Positions 54,141 through 64,000 of a stretch of 64,000 nt of DNA are shown piece by piece (the first letter of the stretch is position 1; every line of letters begins with the position of its first letter). Origin of the DNA: the human T2T-CHM13v2.0 reference genome, Homo sapiens. The stretch lies in the NCBI RefSeq assembly GCF_009914755.1, contig NC_060925.1. The stretch is one strand, 5' to 3'. The notes beneath the pieces were generated by a model, which was not told the DNA's origin, made no database searches, and saw only the letters and a program-made list of their open reading frames with translations. The translations under genes and the position numbers were made by a program.

Positions 54141-57029
54141 TTTTAATATAATAACACGTCTAACTTTATTGGGCACTTCTATATGCTAGGCATTGTTCTA
54201 AGTGCATATACATACACACAAACACATACACATACACACACAAACACACACATCTCAACTAATTGAATCATCACAACAATCCTATGAGGTAAGCATTATT
54301 CCCATCAGATCCTGAAACTGAGGTTTAAGAGGGTAAGTAACTTGCTAAACATTACACATCTAGTACAACCAGAAGTGAAACCAGCTGTGGCTGACTATAG
54401 ACTGTTTCCTCCAAATCACTAATCAATATTGTCTCTCAGGAATTTAAACTACCAAGAAAGTCTTGGCAAAAGAAATGTGAATTGCAGCTTTTCATGATAG
54501 CTTCTCCCCTAAGATTTCGCCTGGATCTTCCAACAATAAGTAATTCCACAAAAATGGGCTGAGCACCTACTCTGACAAGGCCTGGGAAGATCACAGTGAA
54601 CGTGGCAAAGTGGTGAAAGCTCAAGGAGCTTCCAGTTCAGTTTGGTGGAGAAACAAGAAAAAAGTCCATTTCAAGACAGAGTGGTAAGTGAAGGGCCGGC
54701 ACAGTATTCTAAGGGGACCCAAAGGAAGGGCGCCTCAACCAGGAGGCAGTAGGGCATCCTGGAGGGCTTCTCAGAGGAAGAGGCATCTACACTGAGGCTT
54801 GAAAGTTGAGTTGAGATTCACCAGACAAAGTGGTAAAGTGGATGTGGGTGACAAAAAGACATCCTAAGCAACAAGAACTGCATCTACAAAGGCCTGGAAG
54901 TGAGGAAGAGCCTGGCATGCCATTATAACTGGAATATAGAGTATAAGGGAAGGAAGAAAAGAGAAATAATGTTAGAGAGAGAAGCAAGGCCAGATCCTGA
55001 AGGGCCTTTTATATCCCTGTGTTGGTCAGGATTATGATAGGCTATGCTACAATAACAAATTAACCCCAAAGTTTCATTGGCTTACCACAACAAAGACTAA
55101 TTTGTCACTCATGTAGAGTCCCATGTGGGTAGGGAGCCCTCCCACCCTGTAGCTCCAGCACCTAGAACATGGCCTCAGAGGTCCACTCCAGAAGAGAAAA
55201 GAGAGGCCATAGGCACACAGCTTGTAACTACTGGGCCTGGAAATGACACGTGTCACTTCAACTCACATTTCACATGGTCCCAACCTTACTGAAGAGAAAC
55301 ATAGTCTGTGTGCCAAAAATGCTGTGGAAAACAAGGAATTGTCTCTGCCCCACCAGGATAAGATATGGGACTTGCTCATGAAGTACACTCAAGAGTTGTA
55401 AGCATGAGAACCACCAAGTCTAGTTAATTTGTATTTGAGAAAACTCACTCTGGCTGTAAGGTGAAGAAGAGACCAGAGGGAGGCATGACGGAAAATGGGG
55501 AGACTAGCAGTATTGCAGTATTCTAGCAGGGGGTGCGGGTGATAGACCAAAGGCAGTGGCTGTGGGAACAAACAGAACTGGATGAATTTGTGAGGTTATG
55601 TCAGAGGTAGAGTTGGCAGAATTTCATGAGTAACTGGATTTGGGATGTTGGGGAAGAATTAATGGAGGGAGGATTCAGAGAAAGAAGAAGGAGTTAAGGA
55701 GAGGGCCCAAATTTCTGATTTGGACAGCCAGGTGGCTGGCAGCATCAGTCACCAAGGAGGAGAAAACCACCACATGGCATACTGGATGCAAAAATGTGCT
55801 GGGCAATAAAATATGGGGAAGGGATATGGGGAGGATGGAGGGTTATATCCTCATTGTCTCAGTGGAAAGTCGGTAGCTGGTGCCTAACACTGAAAAATCA
55901 AATGGGAGCAATAAAGGCATAATTTTTAGACATATCAAAAGAAATCAGCAAAAAGAGTTCCAGGTGCTTGCCTCTGGAGAGGAAAAAACACTGGGACAAA
56001 AAATGGAAGACTGCTATTTAATTTAAAAAAATTTGTACAACTGCTACTCTTTAAACTATGTGCATACATATCTGATAAAAATGAATTTTTTTAAAGGAAA
56101 GACCAGCTGGTCTAGGATGTTGCTCCTTTCCTCTGAGAGGTGTCTTTTGTCTTTAACCACCTTAAATGGTGAGATGTCCATTGTGATTACAAAGGGTAGG
56201 GTACTAGTCAGTGGGACACTCATACCACCTGCCACATTTCCCCATTTGCAATAGGCCCCTGCACTTAATTCTCAGAAAAATCAAGGAGGGCTTTTTAGGG
56301 GAGATTATGCTTGACCTACATCTTGAAAAATCATAGAATTTCACACAGGAAGGAGCATTTCAAATGGATGGTAAGGGTTAGAGCATGGAGGTATGGCAAA
56401 CAGATGTGTTAGGGGAAAAGCTGTAGTTGTGTTTGGAGCCTGGAAGACAAATGAAGGTGACTAGAAAATGGAGATGGAAGACCAATCAGGGAGCTCACGA
56501 AAGTGGTAAATGTTTCTCCAAAGAAGGCTCATGGACCCACATCAAGATCCTGACGATCTCTCAGTCCTTCAGATGCTCAGGAAGGATAGGCAGTATCCCG
56601 CATTTTAGTAAGTTCGCTAGGTGAATTTCATACACACCAAAATTTGAGAAACACAAGTCAAGCAAGAGGATAAAGTCCTGAAATAAGGTCATGGCAGTGC
56701 GAATGGGAGGAGGAAATGGTTATCAGACCCAGGGTCTCTTGGGTCCAGAGCTAGCCTTGGCCAACAAGTCAGGTAAAGTGGCTTTTCTGCCTGCAAAGAA
56801 ATGCAGATCGTGGGGAAGCAGCAATGCCCTGCAGCTCCTGCTTACCTTTGACTTTCATTCCTGCCTCAGTGCAAGTCCTCCCACTAAATATGATATAGGG
56901 ATTTCGAGTCTCAGCTTTTCCACTCTATATGTACTCTGAAAAAAATCACTTTATTGCTTGAGTCTCAGTTTCCCCAACTGTAAAATGAAGTGGTTAGACT
57001 AGATTACCTCAAAGGCCACCTCTAAATCT

Positions 57030-57560
57030 AAGCTTCTAAAAACAACTCCGGATAATATCCAGAACATACAAGGAGCTCCTACAAATCAAAAAGAAAAGCA
57101 TGAAACTCCAATAGAAAAAACTGGCTAAGAATATGAACAGGCAATGGATAGGAGATGAAAAAAAAAACTAGCAAGCATATGCTGATGCTCATCAGTAATC
57201 AGAGAATGCAGATGAAAACAATAGATGTCACTGTGTCTCTATTAGATTTGCAAAGCTTTGAAATCTGGATGTTGCATTTTGGCAAGGATATTGGGCTGCA
57301 GGAACCCTCATGCCTTGCTGAAGGGACTCTAAATGGGCACAGCCAGCCTAGAGAGTCATCTGGCACTAATAAATTAAATTCAGTGGGACCTGGGACCCAG
57401 CAAATCCACTTGTTCCTGGGTGTTTCTCCACAGAAATGATCATACAAGTCCACAAGGGAACACATATGAAGACATCCATGGCAGTATTATTTGTAATGGC
57501 AGGGGTGTGGAAGACTGACTAGGGAAAATTTGTGGATTACTATAGGACAGTTACAAATAA
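57030..57560 (+). mobile_element. Degraded L1ME 3' fragment
   Basis: aatatccagaacatacaagga, gacccagcaaatccactt motifs. Confidence 0.6.
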
Positions 57561-57569
57561 ATAACTAGG

Positions 57570-57974
<405 letters not shown>

Positions 57975-59574
57975 CTATAACACTCAGCATCCTGAAATGG
58001 CTCCCTATTTCCTTCACAATAAGAGCCAAAGTCTTCACAATCTCCCACCAGGCCCTAAATGATGTGCCTCCACCCCTACCCCCACCACCTCTTTACCTCA
58101 CTGATGTCATCTTCTATCACTACCCCATTGCTTACCCTGCCCAGCCTCACTGGCCACCCTGCTGCCATGAAATGATATGGGGCATTGATGCTGCCACAGA
58201 GCCTTTGCACTGGCTCTTCCCTCTTCCTGGGCTTGTAACCCTTCAAAGTACCCTACACATGCATTCACACTCCTTTTCCCTTACCCTGCTCAATTTTTAA
58301 CTTAGACAATAATCAATTATAATAACTAAATTGTATCCTAGTCTAAAAGGCAATAAGTACTGTCTTCTCATCCCCACCTTCACCTCTAGAATATAAGCTC
58401 CCTGAGAATGGGCATTTTTGCTTATTTTGTTCACTGATGTCTCCCAAGAATGAGAGCAAAACCTGTCCCAAAAAAGGCACTATTTTAAATACACTTTTAA
58501 ACACATTATATGAATGCACATGCAGAAAATGATGAGTGGGAATTGGCGATAAAGAGGATTAAACAAAATAAGAGAGGAGCCTAGTCTGGATCAAGGATGA
58601 TAACACACCATTAAGGGAGGATTCTGAGTAATTCAACCTTCTATACCTGAGGTTAACAAAAGGGGAGGAGGGAAGCAGTGTCTGGTCACCTCCCCTGAGC
58701 CCATCTGTTGAAGTTTCTCCTTTTGCCGGGTCTTTGCCAAGCCCATCTACACAGCAGCTGTTTCTGAGATTGCAAGGTCGTTACTGGGCTGAGGATACCT
58801 CACAAGCAACCCTTCCATGTACAACCCCACCCACCTCCCTACATTTCCTCAACACCGGCCCACCTGAGGAAGAAAGGACTGGGCTCCACATAGAACACTA
58901 CCTAATAATTTTAGAATGATTTCTAACTCACAAATCACTCCACAACTTTGAAAGATACTACTGTCCTCATTGTATGGGTTAAAAAAACTAATGCTTAGAA
59001 AGATTCACAGTTGTCCTGTTTCACTGGCTAGTCCCCAGCACAACTGAGATGTTCAGCAACCCAGGTCTTCCTGACACCACGTTTCACGTTTTCTCTACCA
59101 ACTTACTCTCCCACTAGGTACAGATAAAAAGACTTCCATGTTAGGGAAATTAGCAAAATACATTTTTCCAAATCTTATTTTGCATGACCCTGTTCTCAGC
59201 TCTCCTGTTTCTAAGTAACTGCTCTCCATCTCTAGGCTAGGATGCAAATTCAAAACCTGTGGATTTGACACAGTCTGTCTAAAAGCTAATGTTAGAAAAT
59301 AAGGCCAAACAAATCATCTATTACTATTAAGACTTTAAAAGGATTATCCGCTCTTTGCAAGGAGCCAGATGGTGAAGACTGCACACTGTCAATCAGCTCT
59401 GGCAATAATAGTTCTGATACTACTGAGGAGTACAGAGGAACCACTAAGAATGTGGGGAATTCTCAACACAACACTCCGTGTTTGACAAGAATCAGATGAT
59501 GAAAGGGTTAGGGCTGGTTGATGTTTTAAGCAGGCCGACTATTTAGGCCAAGAGATTAACATTTAAGAACAACA

Positions 59575-59877
<303 letters not shown>

Positions 59878-60653
59878 GAACAACAGACTCAGGTACATAG
59901 AGTTTACTTGCATGCCACTCCTCGCACTCATTTAAGTGACTCTGGGCTCATTCTCATTCAGCAAAATGGATCAGGACTGGCGCATACTCATGGCTTCTAG
60001 TTCTTCTTTACCTGCACTTAACTTGGCATGATGCAGTACACATGGTAGGGGCTCCATAAAGCTCTTTGAATTACAGGCTCACTGAAACTCATACTGCAAC
60101 AACTTACACTGAAGCGCTGAAATCTCTCAAGTCTCCTACTAAGAAAGCTTCTCAGGGATTACCAGTTTCCAGTGAAAATCTCCTTAGGCTGATCTAGCCT
60201 TAACTCCTCACCCTGCCCAATAAACAAGTAAAAAGAAATATAATATAATGATAAGTATTATTGACATGGTTAGACATTTCCTAGTGAGTGACATGAGCCT
60301 TGAACACATTATAATCTCTGTTATTCTCCTTTTCCCTCAAATTAAAATGGGGATTAAACTCGCCTTGTGGTTCTAAAAGTTAGAGACTCTTCATATAAAG
60401 GACTTTAATATCATTCCTAGCACAAATTAGGTGTTCAAAAAAACTGGTGGTTTGGGGGAGAGAATGAGCCACCTTAGCACCCACACACAAGAATGCTCTT
60501 TTTCAGATGGACTCATAGCACTCATGTTTCATTCTTGCTTGACACCACCAGCTGCATAATCATAAGCAAACAATTTTATCTCTCTAGCCTTCAATTTCTT
60601 TGTTAGTAAAAATAAAGGTTGTGGGCTAGAGCTCTGATATTCCTCCTACCTCC

Positions 60654-60972
60654 TTTTTTTTGTTTTTTTTGTTTTTTGTTTTTTTAATTTTAGATGGAGT
60701 TTTGCTCTTATTGCCCAGGCTAGAGTGTAATGGCATGATCTCGGGCTCACTGCAACCTCCATCTCCCGGGTTCAAGTGATTCTCCTGCCTCAGCCTCCTG
60801 AGTAGCTGGGATTACAGGCGCCTGCCACCACGCCTGGCTAATTTTTGTATTTTTAATAGAGAAGAGGTTTCACCATCTTGGCCAGACTGGTCTTGAACTT
60901 CCGACCTCATGATCCACTCGTCTCAACCTCCCAAAGTGCTGGGATTACAGGCATGAGCCACCGTGCCCAGCT
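60654..60972 (-). mobile_element. AluS
   Basis: Full dimer with T-tail. Confidence 0.92.
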
Positions 60973-61209
60973 GCCTCCAATTTTTTTACGCTTGTTAGTA
61001 TCGGGTTTCATTTAAAAGAAGTCCTCAAGTGGGGAATCTTGGTTTCTCTAAGCCTTAGCTGGGTTTTGCAAAATTTTTTTTTGACAGAAAAAGATTTTTT
61101 AAAAATTGTTTGGAAAATGAAATGGTACCCTACTCTAAGACTTTGCACCTCAGGCAGAGGGTCATATAAGCAAATAATAACATTATAAGATGGATTCTTC
61201 ACACATAAA

Positions 61210-62130
61210 TATATGTTTAGACTTTTTTAGACCACAGAAGAGCAAAGAGTTCTCTCAGTCTGGAGAAGCTAAGGAGTGTTTCAACAAGGAGACATCTGAG
61301 CTGGGATTTCAAGGATGGAGGTCAGGAAAAAACATTGCAACTGAGGAAAGCATGTGCAAAGTCGCCAAGGTAGGTGACAGCATGACATATTCAAGGACTT
61401 GAAAGAGGAGAGCATTGAAGCTACAATATAAGCAATAAGAAGAGTGGTGCAAAATAAAATGGGAGAGACAGGAAAAGGCCAAATCAGCAGGGCCATGGAA
61501 AGGGTTTTGGTCTTTATCCTAAAAGCTACTGAAAGTCATCGAAGAGTTTTAAGCCAAAAGAAGATGACCAAGTTTGAATTTAAATAAAAAGACTCTGACT
61601 AGAAAGGAAAAAGAAAGGATGTAAAAAGACAGTTAGAGGACATTGCAATAGCCAGGTGAAAGAGGATCATGGTTTGGTGGTAGCAGTAGGGATGGGAAGA
61701 AGTGGCTGATCACAGGGTCCCCAATGAGATAAAGAGAAGAGAATCTGTAAATTGATTGGATAGGAGAGTAAGGGAGAAGGAGATACTAAGAATGGATTCT
61801 AAGTGTTTGCCAAGAACAACTGGCTGGATGGCCTTGTCCTTGAGGGTACACTTATGGTGACTAGAGTTAAGTCTTACTATACTGACATTTATGTGGAAAT
61901 CATAGCAGAGATGTCGAGCAGGCAGTAAGTTATATGGGTCTGGGACTCTGAGGCTTCTGTGCTGAGAATGTGGAAGTAAGAATCAACAGAGAGTACTTAA
62001 CTGAAGCCATGCTTATGTATAAGATCACCTGTAGAAGAGCATAGAAGAAGAAGAAAAAGGAGCCTATGAAAGCTTTGAGAATGCCAGCAGCACAGAAGGA
62101 TGAATCACAAGTGGCTGAGAATAAGAGGGT
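61210..62130 (-). mobile_element. L2 fragment
   Basis: tttggtctttatcctaaaagc, aagagttttaagc, cattgcaatagccaggtg motifs. Confidence 0.6.
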
Positions 62131-62616
62131 GGAAGAGAAACAGGAAACCTTTTCTCAGATATTGACAAATTATCTTTCATCAGCTCTGCTTTAAGTAAGA
62201 AAAACTGAATAAGGACACAAACTTCCATAGCCAAAGGGAAAGATAGAAACGAAAAGGCTCGAATATTGCATGTATGCAATGATCAATACTTGTATTACCA
62301 AGAATTCCCTCTATTAAAATTCTTCCTTGCTACAGATTACACTATTCATTTACAAAGCTCCTACCATGTTTCCCTTTAGATGAAGTACACTTACCTACCA
62401 AGTGACTCTGAGCTTGACCATATGATCATGAATGTGAGCAAATGTGATACACACCATGGCCAAGCAGAGACTTTAAATACACTTACATGGATTGGCTCCA
62501 GCCCTCTTGGGTTTCTGCCCTCCACCATAAGAACAACATGTTCCTTCAACCAGGGTCCTGCAATGAAAAGATACAAAGAGCAGAACCCAACATAAGCAAT
62601 ACATAAATGAATGTGA

Positions 62617-62921
62617 TTTTTTTTTTTATTTTATAGAGTTGAGGTCTCATTCTGCTGCCCAGGCTGGAAAGCAGTAACCCAGTCATGGTTCACTGCAGAC
62701 TTGAACTCGTGGGGTCAAGTGATCCTCTTGCCTCAGCGAGAGGGACTGGGACTATAGGTGTGTGCCACCATGCCCAGCTATTTTTTCTTAATTTTTGTAG
62801 AGATAGGGGTCTCACTGTGTTGCCTAGGCTGGTCTCAAAATCCTGGCTTCAAGCAATTCTCCCACCTTGGCCTCCCAAAATGCTGGGATTATAGGCATGA
62901 GCCACTACACCACACCTGGCC
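62617..62921 (-). mobile_element. AluJ nested in an MLT1-type LTR (~62330-62990)
   Basis: TSD tgaatgtga; flank ends gctgtttgttactgcagcaaatgctgactaata. Confidence 0.85.
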
Positions 62922-64000
62922 TGAATGTGACTTTTAGCAGCTGAGCTTTGGGGGCTGTTTGTTACTGCAGCAAATGCTGACTAATATACTTGTCCACAGT
63001 GAGATATCTTTGACACCAAATCTACTTATTTTAAACTCCAGTCCAAAGAAGAAATAGCACTATTTGTCTAGATTGTATTATATACCTGGCACTAATAAGT
63101 GATTTATAGACATCATCTCATCTTAATCCTCATGACAATTATTTTCACCATTTTACATGAACAAATAGGCTCAGATAAGTTAAATACATTTCTCAGGATC
63201 ACAAAGCTAGCAAATAAATAATGGAAATGGAACAAAAATTCATCTAACTGATTCCAAAGCCCATGCATTCTCTATATTGCCATATTAATGAAATGAATCT
63301 CCTAGATATCAAAACGTAAGTCTCCCACATGGGAAACAAGACATATTAATACATTGACAGTTGTGCTGCTGTTGAGCAAGCCAAGAGCAACCAGCAGGAG
63401 AATATTTACAGCTCCGGATCCGAAGCTCATATTGCCACAAGCTCCACCTTCCTCTCACAAACTATCATAGCTGAGAAAATGGGAGCCTTATAGCTTGAAA
63501 TTTGGTGAAATGTGGTGCTCAAGTCAGGTCGCACTGAAACATTGGAAACAAAGGTTACATTTTTATCTCAATCTCTATAGCCAGGTGACTTTTTGTAATA
63601 GCTCACTGTGATCACCCCTTATGAATTCAGCTTGGGTTTCCCACCTGATCCTTGGTAATAGGAGTCATAACTACCTTTCTGAATCTTGAGGCAAAGTTAA
63701 ACCTTTAACATATTAAGGAACAAGGAGAAGCAAGATATAGTAATCACTTACCAGTGTCCATTTGTCCATTGAGGAGTTACATGTCCTGCTTGGAATTTAG
63801 GGCTGCCTTGCAGATCCCCTTATGAGACATTGTGGGGTCAGTGGGTGTGAGGAGAAATAGTGAAAAAGCATAAGCTTTGAAGTCAAACAAATCTGGGTTT
63901 AAATCCTGCTCTGCCTCTTACCCACTTTGTGGTCCTAGGAACTTGGCTTTATTTCTCTGATCATCAGTTTTCTTGGTGTAAAATTCGGGTGATAGTAGCT

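Overview
Primate, most likely human, genomic DNA (Alu-rich, including a Ya-type Alu). The only protein-coding gene I can support is LRRC52, the gamma-2 auxiliary subunit of BK (Slo1) and Slo3 K+ channels, on the + strand. It has two coding exons, 32777-33398 and 51984-52303, joined by an 18,585-nt phase-1 GT-AG intron, giving 313 aa (signal peptide, LRRNT, LRRs, LRRCT, one TM helix, short acidic tail), with AATAAA ~110 nt after the stop. The rest is interspersed repeat (Alu, L1, L2, MIR, MaLR/ERV LTRs, MER/Tigger DNA transposons), simple repeats and unique non-coding DNA. From recall, the locus is 1q24 and is overlapped by an antisense transcript (LRRC52-AS1). I found no convincing novel biological system. 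The best leads are: (i) exon 1 reads 49 codons into the intron, predicting a TM-less secreted LRR ectodomain; (ii) well-formed minus-strand exon-shaped segments that may belong to an antisense host transcript or decayed gene; (iii) a strong-Kozak uORF and a perfect G4/i-motif upstream of the ATG; (iv) retroelement oddities (young truncated AluYa, trimeric Alu, polyadenylated THE1 fragment). Repeat subfamily names and old-repeat boundaries were assigned by eye and are approximate.
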